In this document: in pieces, positions 37,819 through 47,187 of the stretch | How the letters are laid out: each line of letters begins with the position of its first letter | Position numbering within the stretch: position 1 is the stretch's first letter | Origin: Allosphingosinicella sp. | GTDB taxonomy: Bacteria > Pseudomonadota > Alphaproteobacteria > Sphingomonadales > Sphingomonadaceae | DNA: 47,187 nt | Direction: 5' to 3' | NCBI GenBank assembly: GCA_040514175.1 | Contig: JBEVDE010000448.1 | Location: forward strand, 1 to 47,187 | Position numbers and translations under genes: made by a program | Notes under the pieces: model-generated | What the model saw: only the letters and a program-made list of their open reading frames with translations | Databases searched by the model: none | What the model was told of the DNA's origin: nothing

Positions 37819-40104
37819 TCAGCCGAACGGAGTCTCCTTCGGGAATCCGACCGGGGGCATCCGGCCGGCGGCGCCGCGGGCGGCGCGCCACGGATTCAGG
37901 TCGGCTTCGGTCCGGGTTCGTCCGCTTTCGCCGCCCATTGGCCAGCTGAGACCGTCGGCGAAGCGGAAGCTGGTCACGCCGGCGAGGCCGCCGTCGCGAT
38001 AGCGCTGGAGCTGGACGCCCTGGCCGCGGCCCATTTCGGGCAGCTCCGGCAGGGGGAAGACGACCATCTTCCTGTTTTCGCCGATCACTGCGACATAATC
38101 ATGGCCTTCGCCGATCGGCCGAACCGCCTTGAGCCGGGCGCCGGGCTTGAGGTTGACGATCTGCTTGCCCTTGCGGGTCTCTGCGACCGCGCCCGCCGCG
38201 GCGGTGACGAAGCCGCGGCCGTCGGTCGTGGCGAGCAGGAGCTTGTCGGCCGCCGCGGCCCGGAACAAGGCGACGATATTGCCCTCGCCCTCGACGTCGA
38301 CCATCAGCTTGATCGGCTCGCCGAAGCCGCGCCCGCCGGGGAGCCGGTCCGCCGCCAGCGTGTAGAAGCGGCCGTCGGCCGCCGCGAGCAGCAATTTGTC
38401 GGTGGTCTGGGCGTGGAAGAAGAAGCGGCCGCCGTCGCCTTCCTTGAACTTCAGCGCCTCCGCCTCGGCCGGGTCGACATGGCCCTTCATCGCCCGGATC
38501 CAGCCCCGCTGCGACATGATCACGGTGATCGGCTCCCGTTCGATCATCGCTTCGAGCGGAATCTCGCGCGCCGGCGCGGCCTCCTCGATCAGGGTGCGGC
38601 GGTCGCCGAGCTCGGGGGCCTTGCCGTAGCGGTCGCGAAGCGCGGCCAAATCCTTCACCAGCCGCTTGCTCTGCAGCTTCGGGTCGTTGACCAGGGCTTC
38701 GAGTCCCTCACGCTCGGCGATCAGCTGCTCCCGCTCGCCGCGGAGCTGCATCTCCTCGAGCTTTCGAAGCGAACGCAGGCGCATGTTGAGTATGGCTTCG
38801 GCCTGGCGGTCGCTGAGCGCGAACTCCGCGATCATCACCGGCTTCGGCTCGTCCTCGGTGCGGATGATCTCGATCACCCGGTCGAGATTGAGAAAAGCGA
38901 CGATATAGCCTTCGAGCAGCTCCAGCCGGTCGTCGATCTTGCCGATCCGGTATTGCGACCGGCGCATCAGAACGCTGAACTGATGCGCCACCCAGGCCGA
39001 CAGCACCTCCTTGAGGCCCATCACCCGCGGGGTCCGGTCCGAATCGAGCACGTTCATGTTGAGCGGCACCCGCACCTCGAGATCGGTCAGCCGGTACAGG
39101 CTTTCCTTGAGCAGCCCGGGGTCGATGGTGCGGCTGCGCGGCTCGATGACGATCCGGATCAGCGCGTCCGATTCGTCGCGGACGTCGGCGAGGATGGGCA
39201 GCTTCTTGTCGGAAATGAGGGCGGCGATCTGCTCGATCAGCTTGTTCTTGGGCACCTGATACGGGATTTCGGAGATGATGAGCTGCCACATGCCCTGGGG
39301 CAGCTTCTCGATGCCGGTCGGCTCCCATTGCGAATCGGCGGCCTTCCCGGTCGAAAAGCGGCCGCGTACCCGGAAAGAACCGCGTCCCGTCGCATAGGCC
39401 GTTGCAATGGCGTCGGGGCTGTCGACGAGCACGCCGCCGGTCGGGAAATCCGGTCCCTGCACCTTCTCCATCAAGGCGGCGTGATCGGCCTTGGGATTTT
39501 TCACGAGGACGATCGCCGCGTCGATGATCTCGGCGAGATTGTGGGGCGGGATCGAGGTCGCCATGCCGACGGCGATGCCGCTGGCGCCGTTGGCGAGCAG
39601 ATTGGGGAAGAGGCCCGGAAAGACCTCGGGCTCTTCCTCCTCGCCATTGTAGGTCGGGCGATAGTCGACCGTGCCTTCGTCGAGCCCGGCCATCAGATCG
39701 ATCGCGGCCGGGGTCAGACGGGCCTCGGTGTAACGGTAGGCGGCGGCGTTATCGCCGTCGATATTGCCGAAATTGCCCTGGCCGTCGACGAGCGGATAGC
39801 GCAGCGAGAAATCCTGGGCGAGGCGGACCATGGCGTCATAGACCGACTGATCGCCATGGGGATGATATTTGCCGATCGTGTCGCCGACCACCCGCGCGCA
39901 TTTCTTGTAGCCCGCGGCCGGATCGAGGCGGAGCAGCCGCATCGCCCAGAGCAGGCGGCGGTGCACCGGCTTCAGCCCGTCGCGCACGTCGGGAAGCGAG
40001 CGGGCCGTGATCGTCGAGAGGGCGTAGACGAGATAGCGCTGGGAGAGCGCGTCCTCGAAACGGTGATTCTGGATCGGATCGATATCGTTCAAGGCGTCTG
40101 ACAT
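37819..40104 (-). CDS. parC: DNA topoisomerase IV subunit A
   Basis: [29 protein letters not shown]; 761 aa with no GyrA box seen. Confidence 0.95.
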   Translation of the reverse strand: MSDALNDIDPIQNHRFEDALSQRYLVYALSTITARSLPDVRDGLKPVHRRLLWAMRLLRLDPAAGYKKCARVVGDTIGKYHPHGDQSVYDAMVRLAQDFSLRYPLVDGQGNFGNIDGDNAAAYRYTEARLTPAAIDLMAGLDEGTVDYRPTYNGEEEEPEVFPGLFPNLLANGASGIAVGMATSIPPHNLAEIIDAAIVLVKNPKADHAALMEKVQGPDFPTGGVLVDSPDAIATAYATGRGSFRVRGRFSTGKAADSQWEPTGIEKLPQGMWQLIISEIPYQVPKNKLIEQIAALISDKKLPILADVRDESDALIRIVIEPRSRTIDPGLLKESLYRLTDLEVRVPLNMNVLDSDRTPRVMGLKEVLSAWVAHQFSVLMRRSQYRIGKIDDRLELLEGYIVAFLNLDRVIEIIRTEDEPKPVMIAEFALSDRQAEAILNMRLRSLRKLEEMQLRGEREQLIAEREGLEALVNDPKLQSKRLVKDLAALRDRYGKAPELGDRRTLIEEAAPAREIPLEAMIEREPITVIMSQRGWIRAMKGHVDPAEAEALKFKEGDGGRFFFHAQTTDKLLLAAADGRFYTLAADRLPGGRGFGEPIKLMVDVEGEGNIVALFRAAAADKLLLATTDGRGFVTAAAGAVAETRKGKQIVNLKPGARLKAVRPIGEGHDYVAVIGENRKMVVFPLPELPEMGRGQGVQLQRYRDGGLAGVTSFRFADGLSWPMGGESGRTRTEADLNPWRAARGAAGRMPPVGFPKETPFG

Positions 40105-40152
40105 GCCGGACCGATAGCAGCGGGATTCGGAGGAAGCGACTGTGTCTTGCCT

Positions 40153-40180
40153 TTGTCTACTAATAAGATAATGTTACAAT
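40153..40180 (+). promoter_or_regulatory. Candidate sigma70-type promoter
   Basis: TTGTCT-N16-TACAAT in an AT-rich patch, 40 nt before ATG 40221. Confidence 0.45.
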
Positions 40181-40220
40181 CAGCCGGCGAAGACCGGTGC
40201 TGAAACAAGAGGAGAGAAGG

Positions 40221-41144
40221 ATGCGCAAGGCAATCTGTTTGGGTCTCCTGCTGGCGACCGCCGCGTGCGGTGCCCAGACCAACGAGGAAAGCGCCGGACC
40301 CGTCACGCGCGAGGAGGGCCAGGCCGCCGACGCCGACGCCAGCGGAAGCATGCTCCCGGCACCGGAGGCCGCGGAATCCTCCCGGGCACCGCGTCCCCCC
40401 GGAGTCGCTCCCACCGCCGCCCCCGGGGTCGCGTTCAACTATCGCTACGCCTTCCGGCTTCCCGCCGAAAATATCGGCCGGGTCCAGGAAGAGCATGCCC
40501 AGGCCTGCGAGAAGCTGGGGGTCGAGCATTGCCGGATCATCGCGATGAATTATCGCGACGACGGCGATCGCCATGTCGAGGCTCAGCTCGCCTTCAAGCT
40601 GGATCCCGCCCTCGCCCGCCATTTCGGCCGGGAAGGCATCGGCGCCGTCACCAAGGCGCAGGGCGAGCTCCTCCAGGCCGCGATCACCGGAACCGACGTC
40701 GGCAGCGAGATCGCGGCGGCGACGCGGGTCCAGGCCCAGCAGGCCGATGAAATGCGAAGGATCGAGCAGCAGCTCGCCCGCCCGGGCCTCAGCTCCGCGG
40801 AACGGGTCGAGCTCCAGCAGCAGCTCCAGACCCTTCGCGAATCGATCCGCGTCGGCCAGTCGGAGCAGACGGGGCGCCGGCAGATGCTGGCGAACACGCC
40901 GGTGACCTTCGACTACAGGGCCGGCAAGACCGGCAGCCGGCTGGAGCGGGGGATCGCCGACGCGCTCGACAATTTCGCCGGGGCGGCGATCACGGCGCTA
41001 ATCGTGCTCGTGACGCTCCTGCCGTGGATCGTCCTTCTGCTCCTGCTCTGGCTGCTCTGGCGCTGGCTCAACCGGCGCTTCAACATCGCCGCGCGCCGTG
41101 CGGAGCCGCGCGAGCCCGTCGAGACTAGTCCGCCGGAGGCCTGA
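40221..41144 (+). CDS. DUF4349-like lipoprotein with C-terminal TM anchor
   Basis: GAGGAG RBS; TAAC lipobox-like site; coiled coil; LVTLLPW C-terminal TM. Confidence 0.78.
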   Translation: MRKAICLGLLLATAACGAQTNEESAGPVTREEGQAADADASGSMLPAPEAAESSRAPRPPGVAPTAAPGVAFNYRYAFRLPAENIGRVQEEHAQACEKLGVEHCRIIAMNYRDDGDRHVEAQLAFKLDPALARHFGREGIGAVTKAQGELLQAAITGTDVGSEIAAATRVQAQQADEMRRIEQQLARPGLSSAERVELQQQLQTLRESIRVGQSEQTGRRQMLANTPVTFDYRAGKTGSRLERGIADALDNFAGAAITALIVLVTLLPWIVLLLLLWLLWRWLNRRFNIAARRAEPREPVETSPPEA

Positions 41145-42048
41145 ATGCGTCCGCCGGGGCCAGAGCGGCCTCGGCGGCCATCTCGCCCAGCAGCCAGTCG
41201 CGGAAGGCGCGGATCTTGGCCCGGCCGCGCTTGTGCTCGGGGTAGACGAGCCACAAGGCGGGCCCGCTGACCACGACGAGGTCGAAGGGCTGGATGAGCC
41301 GGCCGGCGGCGAGCTCGCCCCGCCAGTAAAGCGGGGTGAGCAGGCCGACGCCATGGCCGGCGAGGGCGGCATTGCCCTCGAGCGCCTGCGAATCGAGCCG
41401 GATGCCCTGTTTCGGCGCCTCGTCCTCGAGGGCGACCCCGGCCTCCTCGAGCCACGGCTTCCACCACCAGTCGTGGGCGTTCAGGCGGGGGACGCGGAGC
41501 AGATCCTCGGGCCGCTCGAGCCGGTGGCGGTCGCGGAACTCGGGCGTGCAGAGCGGCGTCGAATAGAGGCAGAAGAGGAAATGCTGCCTGAGGCCCGGCC
41601 AGGGTCCGCGCCCCATGCGGACCGCGACGTCGATGTCGTCGCGGGCGAAATCGGCCATGGCGTTGGAGGTGAGAAGCCGCACCGCCAGCTCGGGCCGGGC
41701 GATCTGGAAGCCGCCGAGGCGCGGCGCCAGCCAGTTGGAGGCGAAGGTCTGCGCGGTGCTGATCGCGAGCACGCTCTCATCCTCGTCGACGAGGCCGGAA
41801 AAGCCCTCGGCGAGCCGGTCGAAGGCGTCGGACACTATCGGCGCCAGCCGGCGCCCGGCCTCGCTCAGCGTCACTCGCCGCTTGGAGCGGACGAACAGTG
41901 GGAGCCCGAGCCGCTCCTCGAGCAGCCTTATCTGGTAGCTGACGGCGGCCTGGGTCATCCCGAGCTCGCCCGCCGCGAGGGTGAAATTCTCATGCCGGGC
42001 GGCCGCCTCGAAGACTCGGACGGACGGCAAAGGCGGGAGGTGGCGCAT
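41125..42048 (-). CDS. LysR-type regulator (GcvA-like)
   Basis: LPPLPSVRVFEAAARHENFTLAAGELGMTQAAVSYQIR, WLAPRL and DIDVAVR motifs. Confidence 0.93.
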   Translation of the reverse strand: MRHLPPLPSVRVFEAAARHENFTLAAGELGMTQAAVSYQIRLLEERLGLPLFVRSKRRVTLSEAGRRLAPIVSDAFDRLAEGFSGLVDEDESVLAISTAQTFASNWLAPRLGGFQIARPELAVRLLTSNAMADFARDDIDVAVRMGRGPWPGLRQHFLFCLYSTPLCTPEFRDRHRLERPEDLLRVPRLNAHDWWWKPWLEEAGVALEDEAPKQGIRLDSQALEGNAALAGHGVGLLTPLYWRGELAAGRLIQPFDLVVVSGPALWLVYPEHKRGRAKIRAFRDWLLGEMAAEAALAPADAFRPPAD

Positions 42049-42057
42049 CGCCAAAGA

Positions 42058-42076
42058 TGATAAGTTCAGCTTATCA
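42058..42076. promoter_or_regulatory. LysR recognition box
   Basis: Perfect inverted repeat TGATAAG-N5-CTTATCA containing T-N11-A, 10 nt upstream of the LysR start. Confidence 0.75.
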
Positions 42077-42175
42077 CCTGAGTCCAGTCTTTAGTTGGAC
42101 GACGGGAGGGGTCGAGCCTTATCTCACTCCTATGAAGCGCCGCACGACGCGGCAGCCCAGTCAAGGAGTGATAAA

Positions 42176-42352
42176 ATGCGCGACGAAATGGACGGCCGCA
42201 TCTGGGTCGAGCATCACCAGGCTTTTTCCGACGATCTGGCGAAACTCTTCGCCAGGGTCGGCGCCGCCATCGGCACCGGCCTGAGGCGCCTCAACGAAAT
42301 GGAGTTCGACGCCCCCTGGAAGCGCGACTTCCGCGGGTCCGGCCAGGCCTGA
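42176..42352 (+). CDS. Small protein (58 aa) divergent from the LysR gene
   Basis: AAGGAG RBS; MRDEMDGRIWVEHHQAFSDDL...FDAPW. Confidence 0.75.
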   Translation: MRDEMDGRIWVEHHQAFSDDLAKLFARVGAAIGTGLRRLNEMEFDAPWKRDFRGSGQA

Positions 42353-42379
42353 AACCCACGGGGGCCAAGGAGAGACGAC

Positions 42380-42514
42380 ATGAGCTACCTTACCGCCAAA
42401 TTCGCCCCGATCTTCCTCGCCCTCGCCTTGACCGTCTCGGGCGTGACCCTGGCCGCCACCGCGTCCGCGCCGACCCTGCCCGGGCCCATCGCCCCCTTCG
42501 GCTGCGGCGCCTGA
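42380..42514 (+). CDS. Small hydrophobic peptide (44 aa), below the ORF-track cutoff
   Basis: AAGGAGA RBS; MSYLTAKFAPIFLALALTVSGVTLAATASAPTLPGPIAPFGCGA. Confidence 0.65.
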   Translation: MSYLTAKFAPIFLALALTVSGVTLAATASAPTLPGPIAPFGCGA

Positions 42515-42529
42515 CCCGCGGCCGCCGGC

Positions 42530-42562
42530 GAGCGCCGGGGGTGCCCTCTCCCCCCGGCGCTC
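42530..42562 (+). terminator. Hairpin ending the small-gene operon
   Basis: 12-bp perfect stem GAGCGCCGGGGG / CCCCCGGCGCTC; weak U tract. Confidence 0.55.
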
Positions 42563-42570
42563 CAGACATT

Positions 42571-42591
42571 AATTGGTGCCAGGCACCAATT
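42571..42591. repeat. Short perfect palindrome (REP-like, family E)
   Basis: AATTGGTGCC-A-GGCACCAATT. Confidence 0.6.
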
Positions 42592-42635
42592 TAGCGGATT
42601 TGCCACTTGGCGAGCGCGCCGCTACCGCCGCCGGG

Positions 42636-43607
42636 ATGCGTCCCGCCCTTGCCCTCGCCCTCCTCACGGCGCTAGCCGGGTGCTCGGTGTCCGAGCCCCC
42701 CGCCTCTCCGCCCCAGTCGCAGGCGATTCCGCAGCCCGAGCTGATGAAATGGCCGGCTCTGCTCGATCGGACCCGGCCGGAGCCGAGCGCGACGATCGCT
42801 TATGGCGACGACCAGATGCAGAAGGTCGACCTCTGGCTCCCCGCCGGCTCCGGCCTGCATCCGACCGTGCTGATGGTCCATGGCGGCTGCTGGCAGACCG
42901 AGATCGCCGACCGCCGGATCATGAACTGGATCGCCGCCGACCTTCAGAAGCGGGGGATCGCGGTCTGGAACGTCGACTATCGCGGAGTCGACCGCGGCGG
43001 CGGCGGCTATCCGGGCACCTTCGCCGACGCCGCCGAAGCCGCCGATGCGCTTCGCGACCATGCCGCAGAGTATAAGCTCGACATCGAGCCGCTCGTCGCC
43101 GTGGGCCATTCGGCGGGCGGCCATCTCGCCCTCTGGCTGGCCGCGCGGCGGGCGGCGAGCCGGCGTCCGCCGGGCCCGCTCATTCCCCGCGGCAGCCCGC
43201 TCCTCGCCGCCGATCCGCTTCCCATCGACACGGTGGTCAGCCTCGGCGGCCTGCCCGATCTCGAGCTCGCCGCGACTCCGCCCGGCAGCGGCTGCGGAAC
43301 CGAGGTGATCGGGAAGCTGGTCGGCCCGCCGACCCTGAGCAGCCGCAACGTCTATGCCGACACCTCCGTCCCCCGCCTTGCCCCGCTCGGAATCCGCCAG
43401 GTGCTGATCAACGGCCTCCAGGACAGGATCATCCCGACCGCTTACGCCGAGGCTTATGCCAAGCCGATGCGCGCCGCCGGCGACGAGGTGAAAGTCCGGA
43501 TGATCGAGAGCACCGGCCATGTCGAGCTGATCGCGCCCGAGACCGCGGCCTGGACCGCGGCGGTCGAGGAGATCGAGGCGGCGCTTGGAAGAAAGGGGCG
43601 GCGGTGA
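42636..43607 (+). CDS. Alpha/beta hydrolase lipoprotein (possible arylformamidase/esterase)
   Basis: LAGC lipobox; HGGCW, GHSAGG and GHVEL motifs. Confidence 0.85.
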   Translation: MRPALALALLTALAGCSVSEPPASPPQSQAIPQPELMKWPALLDRTRPEPSATIAYGDDQMQKVDLWLPAGSGLHPTVLMVHGGCWQTEIADRRIMNWIAADLQKRGIAVWNVDYRGVDRGGGGYPGTFADAAEAADALRDHAAEYKLDIEPLVAVGHSAGGHLALWLAARRAASRRPPGPLIPRGSPLLAADPLPIDTVVSLGGLPDLELAATPPGSGCGTEVIGKLVGPPTLSSRNVYADTSVPRLAPLGIRQVLINGLQDRIIPTAYAEAYAKPMRAAGDEVKVRMIESTGHVELIAPETAAWTAAVEEIEAALGRKGRR

Positions 43608-43619
43608 CGCCGCCACCCA

Positions 43620-43712
43620 CGTCATCCCGGCGGAAGCCGGGACCCAGGAACTCTGCCGGTGAAATTACGGAGCTGACCGTGTTCATGGGCCCCGGCTTTC
43701 GCCGGGGTGACG
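43620..43712. repeat. Palindromic repeat family C2, copy 2
   Basis: CGTCATCCCGGCGGAAGCCGGGACCCA...TGGGCCCCGGCTTTCGCCGGGGTGACG. Confidence 0.88.
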
Positions 43713-43716
43713 AAAC

Positions 43717-44940
43717 GTGACCAGTCTCGCCGACGTCAAGGCCCTCGACGCCGCCGATCCGCTCCGTCCCTTCCGCGACCGCTTCGTCCTGCCCGAGGGA
43801 ATCATCTATCTCGACGGCAACTCGCTCGGCGCCCTGCCCAGGGCCGCCGTCGCCCGGCAAAGCGCCATGGTCGAGGAGGAATGGGGCTCGGAGCTGATCC
43901 GGAGCTGGAACACGCGCGGCTGGATCGAGGCGCCGCAGCGGGTCGGCGCGAAGATCGCCGCCCTCATCGGCGCCAGGCCGAACGAGGTGATCGTCGCCGA
44001 TTCGACCTCGGTCAATCTGTTCAAGCTAATCGTCGCCGCGGCCGCCCTCGCCCCCGATCGCCGCCGGCTCCTGTCCGAAGCCGGCAATTTCCACACCGAC
44101 CTCCACATCGCCGCGGGCGCCGCCGACCTCGCCGGATTGAAGCTCGACATCGTCGGCCGCGAGTCGCTCGACGCCGCGATCGGGGCGGACACCAATTTGC
44201 TCCTGCTCACCCATGTCCACTTCAAGGCCGGCTTCCGCTTCGACATGGCCGAGGTGACCGCCCGGGCGAAGGCCGCCGGCGCCCTCACCCTCTGGGATCT
44301 CAGCCACAGCGCCGGCGCCGTGCCGCTCGACCTCAATCGCGACGGCGCCGAGCTCGCCGTCGGCTGCGGCTACAAATATCTGAACGGCGGACCCGGGGCG
44401 CCGGCCTTCCTCTACGTCGCGGAGCCTCTCCAGGAGCGGCTGATGCCGCCGCTGCGCGGCTGGATGGGCCATGCCGAGCCTTTCGCCTTCACCGACGACT
44501 ACCGGCCGGCGCCCGGCATCGGCCGCTTCCTCGTCGGCACCCCGCCGATGCTCAGCCTGGCCGCGCTCGAAAGCGGCGTCGAGAGCTTCGCGGGCGCGGA
44601 CATGGCCGCGCTCTGGGCCAAGTCCGTCGCCCTGTTCGGCCTCTTCGCCGGGCGCGTCGCGGCCCGCTGCCCCGAGCTCGAGTGCATCTCGCCGGCCGAT
44701 CCCGAAAGCCGCGGCAGCCACATCAGCTTCCGTCATCCGGGCGCCTTCGAGCTCTGCCAGGCCCTGATCGCCGACGGCGTGATCGGCGACTTCCGCGCCC
44801 CCGACGTCGTCCGCTTCGGCCTGACCCCGCTCTACCTCGGCTATGAGGACGTGTTCACGGCGGTCGAGCGGATGGGCTCGATCCTCGACAGCGGCCGCTG
44901 GCGCGATCCGCAATTCGCCGTGCGCGGAAAAGTCACCTGA
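43717..44940 (+). CDS. kynU: Kynureninase
   Basis: YLDGNSLG, WDLSHSAGA, GCGYKYLNGGPG (PLP Lys), RGSH and GDFR motifs. Confidence 0.95.
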   Translation: MTSLADVKALDAADPLRPFRDRFVLPEGIIYLDGNSLGALPRAAVARQSAMVEEEWGSELIRSWNTRGWIEAPQRVGAKIAALIGARPNEVIVADSTSVNLFKLIVAAAALAPDRRRLLSEAGNFHTDLHIAAGAADLAGLKLDIVGRESLDAAIGADTNLLLLTHVHFKAGFRFDMAEVTARAKAAGALTLWDLSHSAGAVPLDLNRDGAELAVGCGYKYLNGGPGAPAFLYVAEPLQERLMPPLRGWMGHAEPFAFTDDYRPAPGIGRFLVGTPPMLSLAALESGVESFAGADMAALWAKSVALFGLFAGRVAARCPELECISPADPESRGSHISFRHPGAFELCQALIADGVIGDFRAPDVVRFGLTPLYLGYEDVFTAVERMGSILDSGRWRDPQFAVRGKVT

Positions 44941-44944
44941 CGAG

Positions 44945-45078
44945 AAATCCTCCCCATCGCCAGATGGGGAGGGGGACCACCCGAAGGGTGGTGGAGGGGT
45001 AATCGCGCAGGCCTGTGCCAGCTACCCCTCCACCAGGCTTCGCCTGGTCCCCCTCCCCGGAAATCTCGGGGAGGATTT
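44945..45078. repeat. Palindromic repeat family B, copy 2
   Basis: AAATCCTCCCCATC..GATGGGGAGGGGGACCACCCGAAGGGTGGTGGAGGGG...CCCCTCCACCAGGCTTCGCCTGGTCCCCCTCCCCG..CGGGGAGGATTT. Confidence 0.9.
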
Positions 45079-45086
45079 TCACCCTT

Positions 45087-45108
45087 GTGTATTATATTGA
45101 TAACACAC
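45087..45108. promoter_or_regulatory. AT-rich palindromic operator upstream of the S9 peptidase
   Basis: GTGTATTAT-ATTG-ATAACACAC (one mismatch). Confidence 0.55.
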
Positions 45109-45145
45109 TATGATCGGGCGAAATCCAAACCGTGAGAGGTGCCCG

Positions 45146-47164
45146 ATGAATGCCAAGTCCCTGCTGCTCGCCGCCTGTGCCGTCATGACCGTCGCCACGG
45201 TTCCCGCGGTCGCCCAGACCAACGTCCCGCTTATCCCGCGCGAGAAGATCTTCGGCAATCCGACCCGGGTCGCCGGCCGTCTGTCGCCCGACGGCAAGTG
45301 GCTGAGCTGGATCGCGCCGCGCGACGGAGTCCTCAACATCTACGTCGCGCCCGCCGCCGACCCGAAGTCGGCCCGGCCGCTGACCGCCGAGACCAAGCGG
45401 CCGATCCGGCAATATTTCTGGTCGCCGGACAGCAAGCAGATATTGTTCATCAACGACAAGGGCGGCGACGAGAATTTCCTCCTCTACGGAGTGGACGTCG
45501 TCTCCGGCGCGCAGCGCACCCTCACCCCGTTCGAGAAGACGCGGGTCCAGATCGTCGGAATCTCCAACGACGTCACCGACCGGATCCTCGTCGGGGTCAA
45601 CAATCGCGATCCCAAGTGGCACGACGTCCACAGCCTCGACCTCGCCAGCGGCAAGCTCACGCCGGTGATGATCAACAGCGGCGGCTTCCAGTCCTTCCTC
45701 GCCGACGAGCAATTGAACGTCCGCGGCGCCACCAAGCCCCGGCCCGACGGCGGCAGCGCCTTCTACCGGGTGACGGGCGGCAAGGTCGAGGCCGAGCCGT
45801 TCGAGCAGATCGGACTCGAGGACGCCCAGACCACCTTCCCGGCCGGCTTCACCACCGACGGCAAGACTCTCTACTGGATCGACTCGCGCGGCCGCGACAC
45901 CGCCGTCCTGATCGCCCAGGACGTCGCCAGCGGCCGCAAGACGATCGTCGCCGAGAACGCCCGCGCCGATATCGGCGGGGTGATGTCGAACCCGAAGACG
46001 GGCCGGATCGAAGCCTATGCGGTCGACTATCTGAAGAACGAATGGACCCCGGTCGGGCCGGCCGTGAAGGGCGATCTCGACTTCCTCAAGGGCAAGCTGG
46101 AGGGCGAGCTCAGCGTGACCTCGAGGACCGCCGCCGACGACAAGTGGATCGTCGCCGTCGATCCGGTGACGGCGCCCTCGGCCGCCTGGCTCTACGACCG
46201 CAAGGCGAAGAAGCTGACCAAGCTCTACACCAGCCGCCCCGAACTCGAGGGTGCGCCGCTCGCCGCGATGCACCCGGTCGAGATCAGGACCCGCGACGGG
46301 CTCAACATGGTGTCCTACCTCACGCTTCCGCCGGGCAGCGATCCGGACGGCGACGGCAAGCCGAACCGGCCGGTGCCGCTCGTGCTCATGGTCCATGGCG
46401 GACCCTGGGGCCGCGACAGCTACGGCTATGACGGCGGCGCGCAATGGCTCGCCAATCGCGGCTATGCCGTGCTCTCGCCCAATTTCCGGGCCTCGACCGG
46501 CTTCGGCAAGAAGTTCATCTCGGCCGGCGACCTGCAATGGGGCAAGAAGATGCAGGACGATCTCGGCGACGCCGTCGACTGGGCCGTGGCCGGCGGCATC
46601 ACCACCGCCGACAAGGTGGCGATCATGGGCGGCTCCTACGGCGGCTATGCGGTGCTCGCCGGCCTCGCCTTCACCCCGGACAAATATGCCTGCGGAGTCG
46701 ACATCGTCGGACCGTCCAACCTCGGCACCCTGCTCGGCACCATTCCGCCTTATTGGGAGGCTCTGAAGGCGCAATTCTACAAGAGGATGGGCGATCCGAA
46801 CACGGCGGAGGGCAAGGCCTATCAGCGCGAAGTCTCGCCGCTCTACAGCGCCGACAAGATCCGCCGGCCGCTCCTGATCGGCCAGGGCGCCAACGATCCG
46901 AGGGTCAACGTCGCCGAATCGCAGCAGATCGTCGACGCTCTCAAGGCCAAGGGCATACCGGTCACCTACGTCCTCTTCCCCGACGAGGGCCACGGCTTCG
47001 CCCGACCGGTCAACAACATCGCCTTCAACGCGGTGGCGGAGAATTTCCTGGCCAAATGCCTCGGCGGCCGCGCCGAGCCGATCGGGCCGGCGCTGAAGGC
47101 GTCGTCGGCGCAAGTGCCCTACGGCGCGGAATATGCGCCGGGCCTGGCGGAGGCTTTGAAATAG
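45146..47164 (+). CDS. S9 family (prolyl oligopeptidase/dipeptidyl aminopeptidase-like) peptidase, exported
   Basis: Signal peptide; HGGP, GGSYGG, GANDPRV and DEGHG catalytic motifs. Confidence 0.95.
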   Translation: MNAKSLLLAACAVMTVATVPAVAQTNVPLIPREKIFGNPTRVAGRLSPDGKWLSWIAPRDGVLNIYVAPAADPKSARPLTAETKRPIRQYFWSPDSKQILFINDKGGDENFLLYGVDVVSGAQRTLTPFEKTRVQIVGISNDVTDRILVGVNNRDPKWHDVHSLDLASGKLTPVMINSGGFQSFLADEQLNVRGATKPRPDGGSAFYRVTGGKVEAEPFEQIGLEDAQTTFPAGFTTDGKTLYWIDSRGRDTAVLIAQDVASGRKTIVAENARADIGGVMSNPKTGRIEAYAVDYLKNEWTPVGPAVKGDLDFLKGKLEGELSVTSRTAADDKWIVAVDPVTAPSAAWLYDRKAKKLTKLYTSRPELEGAPLAAMHPVEIRTRDGLNMVSYLTLPPGSDPDGDGKPNRPVPLVLMVHGGPWGRDSYGYDGGAQWLANRGYAVLSPNFRASTGFGKKFISAGDLQWGKKMQDDLGDAVDWAVAGGITTADKVAIMGGSYGGYAVLAGLAFTPDKYACGVDIVGPSNLGTLLGTIPPYWEALKAQFYKRMGDPNTAEGKAYQREVSPLYSADKIRRPLLIGQGANDPRVNVAESQQIVDALKAKGIPVTYVLFPDEGHGFARPVNNIAFNAVAENFLAKCLGGRAEPIGPALKASSAQVPYGAEYAPGLAEALK

Positions 47165-47165
47165 T

Positions 47166-47187
47166 AAATCCTCCCCGAGCTTGCTCG
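47166..47187. repeat. Palindromic repeat family B, copy 3 (truncated by the window end)
   Basis: AAATCCTCCCCGAGC-TT-GCTCG... Confidence 0.7.

Noticed and set aside
36058-40101. 1347-aa plus-strand ORF, and similar long ORFs at 13526-16801, 18394-21030, 45092-47113, 3973-5883 and 5983-7893
   Set aside because: Antisense shadows of well-supported genes; expected from high-GC codon bias; no motifs or RBS.

Overview
GC-rich alphaproteobacterial chromosomal DNA; gene content and order point to Sphingomonadaceae (inference). About 45 mostly core genes: adenine/adenosine deaminase, mscS, topoisomerase IB, a PfpI protein, an exosortase-associated glycosylation group, tamA-tamB, PilZ and two GGDEF-EAL genes, glnB/glnA, phaZ, an ABC exporter, tonB-exbB-exbD-exbD, folB plus an SDR, DUF1285-Nudix-CCA, parC, a LysR regulator, kynU and an S9 peptidase. 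I saw no tRNA, rRNA, CRISPR array, transposase or integrase. The unusual signal is non-coding. About 15 palindromic REP/RPE-like elements of about five families fill many intergenic gaps; some bracket single genes and one supplies the stop codons of two convergent genes. Other signals are a LexA box plus TTCCTA operator switch driving a Cro-like gene pair, an identical 22-bp CtrA-like box duplicated around a two-gene polysaccharide-modification cassette, back-to-back EcfG-type promoters, an HTH gene and a structured element between glnB and glnA, and a LysR-controlled pair of very small genes. All family assignments are by motif recognition; no database searches were run.
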